Source: Thermomicrobiales bacterium
GTDB lineage: Bacteria > Chloroflexota > Chloroflexia > Thermomicrobiales > UBA6265
Assembly: GCA_036558305.1 (NCBI GenBank)
Contig: DATBFX010000341.1
Location: 6,101-70,100 of the forward strand
Direction of reading: 5' to 3'
DNA: 64,000 nucleotides
Positions 47,691 through 56,915 of this stretch are shown piece after piece. The notes beneath the pieces were generated by a model, which saw nothing but the letters and a program-made list of their open reading frames with translations, searched no databases and had not been told where the DNA came from. The first letter of the stretch is position 1. Each line of letters starts with the position of its first letter. A program made the position numbers and the translations under genes.

Positions 47691-49181
47691 TTGCGTGAGG
47701 GCTTCGACTATCCCTTGAGCCGGCTCGATCCGTTCGGGGCGCACATCGACCCGCCGAGTGTCGCGCTCTACGAGACGATCGTCGTCAAGGGACCGGACGG
47801 AACGGCGCAGCCGGGGCTGGCCGAATCGTGGCAAATCTCGCGAGATGGGCTCGAATGGCGCTTCCGCCTCCGACCGGACGCACCGTTCCACTCGGGCGCA
47901 CCCTGCGACGCCGACGCGGTGGTCGCCGCGCTGGATCCCCTCCGGTACGACCACTTCAGTCCGCGACGCCAACTCTGGTACTGGGATCCGGTGGACACGG
48001 TCCGCGCCGAAGAGACCGACACCGTCGTCTTTACGCTCCATCACCCGTACGTGCGCCTGCCGTCTCTCCTCTGGGGAACCCACACGGCCATCTACAACCA
48101 AACACTTCGCTCGCAGGAACCCGAACGCTTCGGTTACGAACTCGCCGACGGGACCGGGCCGTTCCGATTCGTGAGCTGGTCGAAGGAACGCGTCGTCCTC
48201 GAAAGGTGGGCGGACTACCCCGGTTCGGCGGCTCCGTTCCTCGCGACGGGCGGTCCCGCCAGGCTGGACCGGATCGAATGGACGATGCTGCTCGATCCCG
48301 CGGAGCGCGTCGCGGCGCTGGACCGGGGCGACGTGGACTGCATCCACGGTCCACGTTACGCCGACGTCCCCCGCTTGGAGGCCGACTCGCGCTTCCACGT
48401 CGTCCGGTTCAGCCAGGCCGCGAACGCCTACCTGGCCCTCAACTGGCAGCGCACCGACCTCGGTTTCGATGACGTTCGCGTCCGCCGCGCCATCTCCGCC
48501 GCGATCGACCGCCCCCGTCTCGTCGAGGACGCGCTCCTCGGGTACGGCGTCCCGACCTTCGGTCCGCTCTCACCCGGCGGCGAGTTCTACGATCCCGCCG
48601 TCGAATCCGGTCGCGGCCACGATCCCGCCGCCGCCGGTCGCCTCCTCGACGAAGCCGGTTGGCAACTCGGTGCGGACGGTATCCGATCGAAGGGGGAGGA
48701 ACGCCTCTCCTTCGAGTGCGTGATCCAGGACGACGCGATCCATCAGCAGATCGCGATCGGTCTGCGCGACCAGTTGCGCTCCGTCGGTATCGTCCTCGAT
48801 CTCAGACCGATCCTGACCTTCAGCGGCTTCTACCAGACGGTCGCGAGCGGACCGGCCAGCTTCATCAACAAATGGCTCTGGCAAGACCCGGTCGACGCCG
48901 CGATCGGCTTCACCGCCTCCTGGGGCCGCCCGTTCCCGAACTGGCAGCACGCCGCGATCCCGCGTCTCGACGATGCCTACCGCGCCTGGCTTCAGGCCGA
49001 GACACTGGAAAGCCTCCAGGCCGCAGCGACGCAGGCCCAACTCATCGTTGCCGACGAACTGCCCTATATCCCGCTGCTGGTCCCGCAGGACGTCTGGGTT
49101 CATTCGACCCGCGTCACCGGCTGGGAGCCGGCCCAGGCGATCCTCTACCCGTTCTATCATCGGACCGAGGTGCGCGGGTGA
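47592..49181 (+). CDS. family-5 solute-binding-protein homologue without signal peptide
   Basis: The SBP_bac_5 body starts at LREGFDYPLSRLDPFG...ALYETIVVKGPDG. The 33 residues before it (from the ATG at 47592) are hydrophilic and partly encoded by hairpin D. The TTG at 47691 is an alternative start. Confidence 0.75.
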   Translation: MNANATTDSGLAPGKADATRSPLSDCPSVRLSVLREGFDYPLSRLDPFGAHIDPPSVALYETIVVKGPDGTAQPGLAESWQISRDGLEWRFRLRPDAPFHSGAPCDADAVVAALDPLRYDHFSPRRQLWYWDPVDTVRAEETDTVVFTLHHPYVRLPSLLWGTHTAIYNQTLRSQEPERFGYELADGTGPFRFVSWSKERVVLERWADYPGSAAPFLATGGPARLDRIEWTMLLDPAERVAALDRGDVDCIHGPRYADVPRLEADSRFHVVRFSQAANAYLALNWQRTDLGFDDVRVRRAISAAIDRPRLVEDALLGYGVPTFGPLSPGGEFYDPAVESGRGHDPAAAGRLLDEAGWQLGADGIRSKGEERLSFECVIQDDAIHQQIAIGLRDQLRSVGIVLDLRPILTFSGFYQTVASGPASFINKWLWQDPVDAAIGFTASWGRPFPNWQHAAIPRLDDAYRAWLQAETLESLQAAATQAQLIVADELPYIPLLVPQDVWVHSTRVTGWEPAQAILYPFYHRTEVRG

Positions 49182-49297
49182 GGATGAACGAACGCGGGGG
49201 CACGACCGCTGCCGGATCGGCGGTCCCCGACCCCCCATTCGACGGTGAGACCCGACAGCACGAACAGATGGTCACGCCCCAACGAAAGGAGTGAGGT

Positions 49298-50092
49298 ATG
49301 GCAGGACCGCGCTTGAGCGGCAGGACGGCGGTCATCACGGGCGGCGGGAGCGGATTCGGCCGGGCAACCGCGCGCCGCTTCGCCGAGGAAGGAGCCTCCA
49401 AAATCGTCCTCGCGGACATCCGCAAGGAGAAAGCGGACGAGGTCAAAGCCGAGGTGGAAGCACTGGGCGCGCAAGCGCTGGCGGCACGATGCGACGTCGG
49501 CGAGGTCGCCGCCTGCGAGAGACTGGTCGAAGACACCCTCACCTTCGTCGACGGCAAACTCGACATCCTCGTCAGCAACGCCGCCCCCTTCCACGGCCCC
49601 GAGTCGTTCCTCGAATTCCGCGACCAGACCTGGTTCGAGGACGTCGCAATCAACCTGACCGCTTCCTATGTCCTGGGTCAGCGTTGCGCCCGCGCGATGG
49701 CCAAGACCGGTGGCGGCGCGATCCTCTACACCACCTCGATCAATTCCCAGGGCGCCGGCGCCGGTTTCGCCTCCTACTGCGCGACCAAGGCCGGCATCGT
49801 CGGACTCCTCCAGGTGATGGCCGTCGAACTCGCCAAATACAACATCCGCGTCAACGCCGTCGGCCCCGGCCCGGCCGACACCCCTCGCTCCGTTCAACTC
49901 GTCGGCGAGGAGACGATGGAGCAATTCCGCAAGAAGTTCCCCGTCGTCCCCCTCAACCGGCTCGCCAGCGCCGATGACGTCGCCAACGCCTTCGTCTACC
50001 TCGCCTCCGACGAAGCCTCGTACGTCACCGGCCAAAACCTTATGGTCTGCGGCGGAGTCACAGCGTACGTCTACAACGTACCGGAGGAGTGA
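49298..50092 (+). CDS. short-chain dehydrogenase/reductase (SDR)
   Basis: AVITGGGSGFGRA (TGxxxGxG), NAAP, and the YCATKAG catalytic Tyr-Lys. ATG after AAAGGAG. Confidence 0.9.
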   Translation: MAGPRLSGRTAVITGGGSGFGRATARRFAEEGASKIVLADIRKEKADEVKAEVEALGAQALAARCDVGEVAACERLVEDTLTFVDGKLDILVSNAAPFHGPESFLEFRDQTWFEDVAINLTASYVLGQRCARAMAKTGGGAILYTTSINSQGAGAGFASYCATKAGIVGLLQVMAVELAKYNIRVNAVGPGPADTPRSVQLVGEETMEQFRKKFPVVPLNRLASADDVANAFVYLASDEASYVTGQNLMVCGGVTAYVYNVPEE

Positions 50093-50154
50093 GACGGACA
50101 GACGGACAGTAGAACGAGCCATTTCCGTCTGTCCGTCTGCCCGTCTGCCCGTCC
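50092..50154 (+). repeat. hairpin E: GGACAGAC-type units
   Basis: agacggacagacgg (50092-50105, starting at the last base of the SDR stop) is the exact reverse complement of ccgtctgtccgtct (50125-50138). The right arm continues gcccgtctgcccgtcc to 50154. The next ATG is at 50175, with GGAG outside the stem. Confidence 0.85.
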
Positions 50155-50174
50155 AGCGAACGGAGTGAGCAAAG

Positions 50175-50999
50175 ATGCCACACGCGAACGTCAACGGCGT
50201 CAAGATCTACTACGAGATCAGCGGTAGCGGGCCGACGGTAATCCAGATCGGCGGTGCGGTCAATGGGCACGAAGGGTACGCCTTGATCACGCCGCACATG
50301 AAGGAGCACTTCACGGTGATCGACTTCGATCACCGCGGCTACGGGTTCAGCGACCGGCCATCTCAGAAGTACACGATGGATACCTGGGTCGACGACATGG
50401 CCGGATTGCTCGACGTCCTGGGCATCCAGAAATGCCATGTCCATGGCGGCTCGATGGGCGGTTTCATCGCCTGCCTTTTTGGCGCGAAGTACCCGGAGCG
50501 GGTTGACCGGCTCGTCTTCAACGGTGCCGTCGCCAAGTGCGACTGGATGGCGCGCACCAACTTCCATCTCTGGAAACGGACCGCCCAAACATTCGGTCTC
50601 GGGTCTGAAGAACTCGCCCTGATGCTCCTGACACACGCCTTCTCCCGCAAATATCTCGACGAGATGGTCGCCGGCGGCAGCCTCCACTCTCTGAGCTGGA
50701 TGCAGGATTCGATCACGCGCAACGCGTCGCTCGAGATCTTCTCAGACGCCTGCGACGCCATGGCCGAAACCGACGTCACCGGTCTCCTCGCCGGTATCGT
50801 CGCGTCTACCCTCGTCCTCCACGGCGACGAGGACATCCTGACCCCCCTCGACTGCGGTCCCGACGGCGCGGGCGCTCGCGTGATCGCCGAAGGCATCCCC
50901 GACGCCGAACTCTATCTCCTCAAAGGGTGTGGTCATGGCGTCCTCTTCGAACGCGCCGATGAGGCGGTCGGGAAGGTGATTGACTTCCTCAAGACCTGA
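50175..50999 (+). CDS. alpha/beta hydrolase
   Basis: VIDFDHRGYGFSD, nucleophile elbow VHGGSMGG, LVLHGDEDILTP and GCGHGV. Confidence 0.85.
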   Translation: MPHANVNGVKIYYEISGSGPTVIQIGGAVNGHEGYALITPHMKEHFTVIDFDHRGYGFSDRPSQKYTMDTWVDDMAGLLDVLGIQKCHVHGGSMGGFIACLFGAKYPERVDRLVFNGAVAKCDWMARTNFHLWKRTAQTFGLGSEELALMLLTHAFSRKYLDEMVAGGSLHSLSWMQDSITRNASLEIFSDACDAMAETDVTGLLAGIVASTLVLHGDEDILTPLDCGPDGAGARVIAEGIPDAELYLLKGCGHGVLFERADEAVGKVIDFLKT

Positions 51000-51333
51000 C
51001 GGTGTCAGGCACACAGAGAGGAGTCCGGACCGCCCATTCCGCGGGGGCAACCCCATCGACAGACCCCGTTGGCGGGCCGCGGATCGGGTGATACGGGGAC
51101 AGTGCCCCCACCCAACCGCCGTGACTCTCTGGACACGTTTCGCTCCGCTAACTAGTCCAGGATCGTTGCGCGCACAGCCCCCCGGGTGTCACGGTGACCT
51201 ATTCGGTCTCACCGGGTTGCCGTCGCCGTTCTTGCTCCCCGATCGCCCCGGTGCACCTCGCCGGTATATGCACGCGCTTCGTCGTGCCGACCCAAGCGGT
51301 ATATGCTGTGGCAGTCGTGAAAGGCAATCCGCG

Positions 51334-53229
51334 ATGCGCGATCTCTCGCGAACCAAGAAGCTCGGGGTCTTCGGTCTGCTGGTCGTTGGCGCGACGGCGG
51401 TCCTTCGGCGAACGGCGGCGAGGGCCTACGTCGACAAGGCGCTCCAGCCGACCGGGTTGCTCATCCGGCTGTCGCATACCCTGGATCGAAAGCTCGGCTG
51501 GTATCGACTGCCGCGCCCGCTCGGACTTGTGGTTTTGGTCGGACTGCGCAAGCTCCTCCGTCGCCGCAACCTCTACGACACGACGAAGATTCCGTCGCTG
51601 CCCCAGCCGCCACCGGTCGCTCCCGACGCGCGCTATCGGACAGCGCGCACGGCAGATGGCACCTTCAACGACGTCGAGCAGCCGAGGATGGGCAGCGCCG
51701 GCACCCGGTTCGGCCGGAACGTCCCGCTCGAGGACACCTACCCCGATCCGATGCCGGACATCCTCCAGCCCAATCCGCGCACCGTCAGTCTCGAACTCCT
51801 CACCCGCGACGCCTTCCAGCCGGCGACGACGATCAATCTCCTGGCCGCCGCCTGGATCCAATTCATGGTCCGCGACTGGTTCAGCCACGGCAAGAGTCCG
51901 AAAGAGAACCCCTGGGAGCTGCCGCTGGACGCCGGCGACCCCTGGCCGGACAAACCGATGCGAATCCTCCGCACCATGCCCGATCCCACCCGCCCCGAGG
52001 GCAGCGACGGCGCGCCGCCGACGCACATCAACACCGAGACGCCCTGGTGGGACGGTTCGCAAATCTACGGCAGCGATGCCGCTTTCCAGGCCAAGGTCCG
52101 CACGGGGCGCGACGGCAAACTCGCCGTCGGCGCCGAGAATCCGCTCCTGGCCGATCCGACGTCGCCGGAGAACCCCGCCAACGTCCCCGGTTTCTGGCTC
52201 GGGTTGGCGCTGCTGCACAACCTGTTCACGCTCGAGCACAACGCGATCTGCGACCAGTTCCGAACGCGGTATCCGCATTGGTCCGACGACGAGGTGTTCG
52301 ACCATGCCCGGCTCGTCAACGCCGCCCTCCTGGCGAAGATCCACACGGTCGAATGGACGCCCGCCCTGATCAGCCACCCCACGACAAAGCTGGCGATGCG
52401 GGCAAACTGGTGGGGTATCGCCGGCGAGCACCTGCACAATCTCTTCGGGCGGATTTCCGGCAGCGAGGTGATCAGCGGTATTCCGGGCTCGAAAACAGAC
52501 CACTACGGGATTCCCTACTCACTCACCGAAGAGTTTGTCGCCGTCTACCGGATGCATCCGCTCATCCCCGACGATTTCTCCTTCCGGGCAGTGGCGGACA
52601 ACCGCTTGCTGAACGAGCGAACCTTTCCCGAGTTAACGGGCATGCACGCGCTGGAGGTGCTGGCGCAGACGCCGATGGCGGACCTGCTCTACTCGTTTGG
52701 CACGTCCAATCCGGGCGCGATCCAACTGCACAACTATCCGCGCGGTTTGCAGCACTTCATCCGTCCCGACGGCATCCCGCAGGATCTGGCGGCGACGGAC
52801 ATCCTGCGCACCCGCGAACTTGGCGTGCCGCGGTACAACCGGTTCCGCGAGTTGCTTCACCTCCGGCCGGCGTCGACCTTCGAGGAGCTGACCGACAACC
52901 CGGTCTGGGCGGAGGAGCTCAGGCGGGTCTACGGCGGCGACGTCGACCGGGTCGATCTTGTGATCGGGCTCTTCGCCGAGCCCAAACCGGCGGGGTTCGG
53001 CTTCAGCGATACGGCCTTCCGGATCTTCATCTTGATGGCGTCCCGCCGGCTCAACAGCGACCGCTTCTTCACCAACGACTACACCCCCGAGGTCTACACC
53101 CAGACCGGTTTGGACTGGATCGACCAGAACGGGATGGCCTCGGTCCTCCTGCGGCACTACCCCGCTCTCCAGCCGGCGCTGCGGGGAGTCGAGAACCCCT
53201 TTGCGCCGTGGACGACCGTGGGCGGTTAG
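51334..53229 (+). CDS. animal-type heme peroxidase superfamily protein, alpha-dioxygenase (PIOX)/cyclooxygenase-like
   Basis: ATG at 51334 (MRDLSRTKKLGVFGLLVVGA). LDRKLGWYRLPRPLGLVVLVGLRKLLRRRNLYDT and YRTARTADGTFNDVEQPRMGSAGTRFGRN resemble plant/bacterial alpha-dioxygenase N-termini. WIQFMVRDW, LEHNAICD, and EEFVAVYRMHPLIPD (compare the COX LYHWHPL Tyr/His motif). Confidence 0.8.
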   Translation: MRDLSRTKKLGVFGLLVVGATAVLRRTAARAYVDKALQPTGLLIRLSHTLDRKLGWYRLPRPLGLVVLVGLRKLLRRRNLYDTTKIPSLPQPPPVAPDARYRTARTADGTFNDVEQPRMGSAGTRFGRNVPLEDTYPDPMPDILQPNPRTVSLELLTRDAFQPATTINLLAAAWIQFMVRDWFSHGKSPKENPWELPLDAGDPWPDKPMRILRTMPDPTRPEGSDGAPPTHINTETPWWDGSQIYGSDAAFQAKVRTGRDGKLAVGAENPLLADPTSPENPANVPGFWLGLALLHNLFTLEHNAICDQFRTRYPHWSDDEVFDHARLVNAALLAKIHTVEWTPALISHPTTKLAMRANWWGIAGEHLHNLFGRISGSEVISGIPGSKTDHYGIPYSLTEEFVAVYRMHPLIPDDFSFRAVADNRLLNERTFPELTGMHALEVLAQTPMADLLYSFGTSNPGAIQLHNYPRGLQHFIRPDGIPQDLAATDILRTRELGVPRYNRFRELLHLRPASTFEELTDNPVWAEELRRVYGGDVDRVDLVIGLFAEPKPAGFGFSDTAFRIFILMASRRLNSDRFFTNDYTPEVYTQTGLDWIDQNGMASVLLRHYPALQPALRGVENPFAPWTTVGG

Positions 53230-53298
53230 CGCGATCCGCCGCCACGAGGTGAGCGTACGTTCCCGGTTTCCGGCCGGGCAAGAGGCGGAGGAGGAGCG

Positions 53299-53709
53299 AT
53301 GACCATCAATCCCGAGCGGCAGCGAGACTACGCCCGCAAAGCCCTCGCCGGCATCCGGCTGGTCAACGGCGGACTCGGTCTCCTCGCGCCGGCGGTGCTG
53401 GCCCGCCAGGTAGCGGCCGATGCCAAGACCAACCCGGCCGCGCTCTACGCGTTTCGGATGTTCGGCGTCCGGACCATCCTCATCGCCGTCGACCTGCTGA
53501 TGCCCGACGGTCCCGTCCGGGCGCACGCCGTCCGTGCCGCCCCGGTGATCCACGCCACCGACGCGTTCTCGGTCGCCCTTGCCGGTATTCGTGGCGAGCT
53601 GCCGCCGCGAGTCGCCGTCAAATTGGGGTTGATCTCGGGCGTCAATACCGCGTTGGCGATCATCGCGCAACCCGCTCGGTCGACACCGTCCGGCGAACTC
53701 CGCGCCTAA
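53299..53709 (+). CDS. small hydrophobic hypothetical protein
   Basis: 136 aa with 3-4 predicted TM segments (GIRLVNGGLGLLAPAVLA, MFGVRTILIAVDLL, LGLISGVNTALAIIA). Same strand as, and between, the two heme-enzyme genes. Confidence 0.5.
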   Translation: MTINPERQRDYARKALAGIRLVNGGLGLLAPAVLARQVAADAKTNPAALYAFRMFGVRTILIAVDLLMPDGPVRAHAVRAAPVIHATDAFSVALAGIRGELPPRVAVKLGLISGVNTALAIIAQPARSTPSGELRA

Positions 53710-53782
53710 TACTGGGAACAGCAGGGCGCGACCGGATCGGCGGCCAGGAATCGGTGCGGAATCGCTGGAAGGGGCGGCGGTC

Positions 53783-54970
53783 TTGAGGCTGGCGAAGAAG
53801 GTCAACGATGCGCTGGTTGCCGTCGTACTTGCCGAACGGCGGATCGATCCCTATTTTCGGGATCGCTTCGACGGTCTGCTGCAGAGACCGCTCGTGGCCT
53901 GTGTCCAGCATCTGATCAATCTCCGGCGCCAGGATGAGCGGCTGGGCATCGCCGAGGAGAGGCTTCTTGCCAATGAGGCCGAGGTGACGTCGGGCATCAT
54001 CGAGCAGATGTCCTTGTTCACGCGGCGGACGTACCCCACCGGTATCGCGGAACGGGCCGGTAACACCAAGACCTACGGTATCGTCCGGGGGGAGTTCACC
54101 GTGCTCCCCGATCTGCCGGAGTCACTGCGGTGCGGTGTTTTTCGCGAGCCCGGCCGGACCTATCCGGCGTGGGTGCGGTTCGCGGGGCCGGGACCGTTGA
54201 CTCCGCCGGACATCGAGGACAACGGGGTCCTCAGCATCGGGATCAAATTGATGGGCGTCGAAGGCGAGAAGCTGAGCGACGACGAGAAGATGACCCAGGA
54301 CTTTACGGGGATCAGCGCGCCGACCTTTACCACCCCGAACATCGTCGAGAACCTGAAATTGCAGAAGCGCCTGGTGGACGGAACCCCGATTCTCTACTTC
54401 CTGCAACCGTTCGATTCGCACATCCTGGACGGTCTGATGCAGGGACTCTATGCGCGGACGCACACCAACCCCTTGAACGTTCGGTATTACAGCTGCGTCG
54501 CCTACCTGTTCGGTCCGGGTCGCGCGATTCACTACTCGGTCCGGCCCCGCACGCCCGAGAAGACAAGGATGCCCAGGAATCCGTCGGCGAACTACCTGCG
54601 GGAGGCGATGGTCGAGACCCTGGGTCGGCGCGAGGTGCTCTTCGACTTCGTGATCCAGTTCCAGACCGATCCCCACAGGATGCCGATCGAGAACGCCTCC
54701 GTCGAGTGGCCGGAGCGGCTCTCCCCGTTCATCCCGGTGGCAACGCTGCGACTTCCGCGGCAGCGGTTCGACTCCGCGGCCCAACTCGCGTTTGCCCGCA
54801 ACCTCTCGTTCAATCCCTGGCACTGCATCGCCGACCACCGCCCGCTCGGCAACCAGAACCGGGCGCGGAAGACAATCTACCTGGAACTGTCCAAGCTTCG
54901 ACAGTCGATCGGCGGTGAGGCCCGGATCGAACCCACCGGCAACGAAACGTTCGATGGTGGGCCGGTCTGA
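53783..54970 (+). CDS. catalase-related (mini-catalase / allene-oxide-synthase-like) heme protein
   Basis: ERAGNTKTYGIVRGEFTV...FREPGRTYPAWVRFAGPG...GIKLMGVEGEKL parallels the catalase core beta-barrel start. C-terminal NRARKTIYLELSKLR fits the catalase proximal R..Y.....R heme-ligand pattern. The TTG start is uncertain. Confidence 0.6.
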   Translation: MRLAKKVNDALVAVVLAERRIDPYFRDRFDGLLQRPLVACVQHLINLRRQDERLGIAEERLLANEAEVTSGIIEQMSLFTRRTYPTGIAERAGNTKTYGIVRGEFTVLPDLPESLRCGVFREPGRTYPAWVRFAGPGPLTPPDIEDNGVLSIGIKLMGVEGEKLSDDEKMTQDFTGISAPTFTTPNIVENLKLQKRLVDGTPILYFLQPFDSHILDGLMQGLYARTHTNPLNVRYYSCVAYLFGPGRAIHYSVRPRTPEKTRMPRNPSANYLREAMVETLGRREVLFDFVIQFQTDPHRMPIENASVEWPERLSPFIPVATLRLPRQRFDSAAQLAFARNLSFNPWHCIADHRPLGNQNRARKTIYLELSKLRQSIGGEARIEPTGNETFDGGPV

Positions 54971-55010
54971 TCGCCGATCACACCCAGCGGAGCACGCGCG
55001 GAGGGCAGAG

Positions 55011-55442
55011 ATGGCATGGAGCAGCGCGGCCTGGTCGCGGATGTTCGTGGCGGCGGCCGTTTTCAATTTTGCGATCGGTGTCCCGATCCTCGTGGCGCGC
55101 AGGTGGAGCTACGATCTGGCCTACAGCACGCCGCTGCCGGCCGACGACACCATGACCTTGAAGTTCTGGGGCGACTTTGGCTTCGCCGTCGTCCTGATCG
55201 GTGTCGGGTACTACCTCGTCTCTCGCGACGTCGGCGCGAACCGCGGGCTCGTCTGGTTGGGGATCGGCGCCAAGCTGTTCGACGTGGTCGTGCTGACCTA
55301 CCGGTGGGCGACGGACCTGGCGAATCCGATCGTCCTGCTCCCCGCGCTCATCGACGGCATCTTCGTCCTCCTCTTCGCCGCCTTCCTGTACCAGACCCGG
55401 CTTTCGGGGCTCCAGTCCTCAACCGCCGGCAATCAACCCTGA
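55011..55442 (+). CDS. small integral membrane protein, unknown function
   Basis: ATG at 55011 after GGAGGG. MAWSSAAWSRMFVAAAVFNFAIGVPILV with four hydrophobic segments. The track ORF from 54792 is an over-extension. Confidence 0.55.
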   Translation: MAWSSAAWSRMFVAAAVFNFAIGVPILVARRWSYDLAYSTPLPADDTMTLKFWGDFGFAVVLIGVGYYLVSRDVGANRGLVWLGIGAKLFDVVVLTYRWATDLANPIVLLPALIDGIFVLLFAAFLYQTRLSGLQSSTAGNQP

Positions 55443-55464
55443 GCGGGCGCATCCCAGACGGCGG

Positions 55465-56880
55465 TCAAGAGTCGCCAAGATTCGCGAGATACCGAATGGC
55501 CCGCAGACCGGGGAGGAAGAAGTAGGCGCCGCCGCGCACGGTGACGAACTGGGGGAGACCGCTGAACCGTTGTCGCACCGGTTGCGCCTGGACGGTAAAC
55601 GTGCAACCGAATGGGGAACGACCGGCGACGAGAGGGTCAGCGTCGTCGTAGAGACCGGCGAAGTTGGGATTGTTGAGCCAGGTGTGACTGACGAACTCGA
55701 ATTGCCGGCCGATGTTCGCGTTCAGGCAGATGAAGTGGAGACCGCGGTCGGTTTCGAACTCCTCGACGATGCCGAGGGAGTCGGCGGTCGCCGGGTCGTT
55801 CATCGGGAGCGGCGGTCCGTATTCCCGGCCCCGGCGGAGCAGCCGGTGTCGCTTGTTGATGGCGAGCGATTTGTCGGTGCCCGGAGACGGGTCCAGTGAG
55901 TCGCGGGGATTGGTGCGGCGGATGTGGGCGCCGATCGGGCAGCCGAACCCGTGGGGATCGATCTTGTGGTAGCCGAAATCGCTGGCGTCCCCGAGTTCCG
56001 GATTGTCGCGATCGGGCGCCATCGCCAGCGGTGCCCCGCTCGGCCAGCGCCCCACGAGCTTGGCGGCGAGTTTCAGGCGGGCCGCCGGATCACCGCTGCC
56101 GTCCGGGTTCTTCGTCGCATCGTCGACAAAACGCCAGAAGGCGGCGACGTGCTGGCGAAGTTGGCGAAAGACGAGATAGGTGCCGTTCCGGCCCAGGTCA
56201 AACCCGTCTCCGCCACTGCGACCGGTCGTGTCGCGGACAACCGGTCCCGCCGTGTATTGACCGTACTCGTTCCGGTAGCCGAGCACGAACTCGCCGGCCC
56301 TGACGGTGTTGCCGGGTGGCCCGGTGCGACCCAACCCTTCGACGATCGGTTGGGAGATGCCGTCGCGGAACCCGAAGTGCTCGCGATCGTCGAGATCGCT
56401 CGTGTCGAGTCTCGCCACTTCGACCAGTTGCGCGGCGGCGAGTTGGCGCGAGAGTTCGGCACGGACCGTAGCCAGGACCGCACGATCTGCCGCGAAGACG
56501 AGCAGCACGAGATCGATGGGTCGAGTTTGCGGTCCACCCCAAGCCCAGCGTTCGGGAGCGCTGTCGTCGACGTCGCCGAGGATGCGTCGCGTGTGGTCCG
56601 TCGTCATGCCGGCGATGAACTCGTGGGCGAACATTGTGAGACTCGCCGCCGGCACACCGAGCTTGCCGAGACCGGACGGGGTCAAGGCGATGTTGAGCGC
56701 CCGATCGCTCGGCTTGACGCGGCCGGTCGTGATCGTCTCGGCGACCGCACGGAGCCAGACCCGCGCGGCGTCCGGCTGCGCGATTTCGAGGTGCAGGTAG
56801 CAGGCGGCATTGAGGTCGCCGTAACCGCGCGCCACCAGACCCTGAATGTCCTCGAGTTCGAGTTGCTCCATCGCCGGCAT
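55465..56880 (-). CDS. DyP-type heme peroxidase
   Basis: LELEDIQGLV, EHFGFRDGISQPIVEG (GxxDG), GAHIRRTNPRD (proximal His region), and LHFICLNANIGRQFEFV. Start is the ATG at 56880 or 56871; the upstream part of the track ORF overlaps the preceding gene. Confidence 0.88.
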   Translation of the reverse strand: MPAMEQLELEDIQGLVARGYGDLNAACYLHLEIAQPDAARVWLRAVAETITTGRVKPSDRALNIALTPSGLGKLGVPAASLTMFAHEFIAGMTTDHTRRILGDVDDSAPERWAWGGPQTRPIDLVLLVFAADRAVLATVRAELSRQLAAAQLVEVARLDTSDLDDREHFGFRDGISQPIVEGLGRTGPPGNTVRAGEFVLGYRNEYGQYTAGPVVRDTTGRSGGDGFDLGRNGTYLVFRQLRQHVAAFWRFVDDATKNPDGSGDPAARLKLAAKLVGRWPSGAPLAMAPDRDNPELGDASDFGYHKIDPHGFGCPIGAHIRRTNPRDSLDPSPGTDKSLAINKRHRLLRRGREYGPPLPMNDPATADSLGIVEEFETDRGLHFICLNANIGRQFEFVSHTWLNNPNFAGLYDDADPLVAGRSPFGCTFTVQAQPVRQRFSGLPQFVTVRGGAYFFLPGLRAIRYLANLGDS

Positions 56881-56915
56881 GCCAGGTCCTACGATGCTCA
56901 GTCCACTCGGGCTCG

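Noticed and set aside
55465-56880. The DyP peroxidase could be encapsulin cargo.
   Set aside because: No HK97-fold encapsulin shell gene is adjacent, and the C-terminus (...RYLANLGDS) does not match the usual cargo-loading peptide pattern well.
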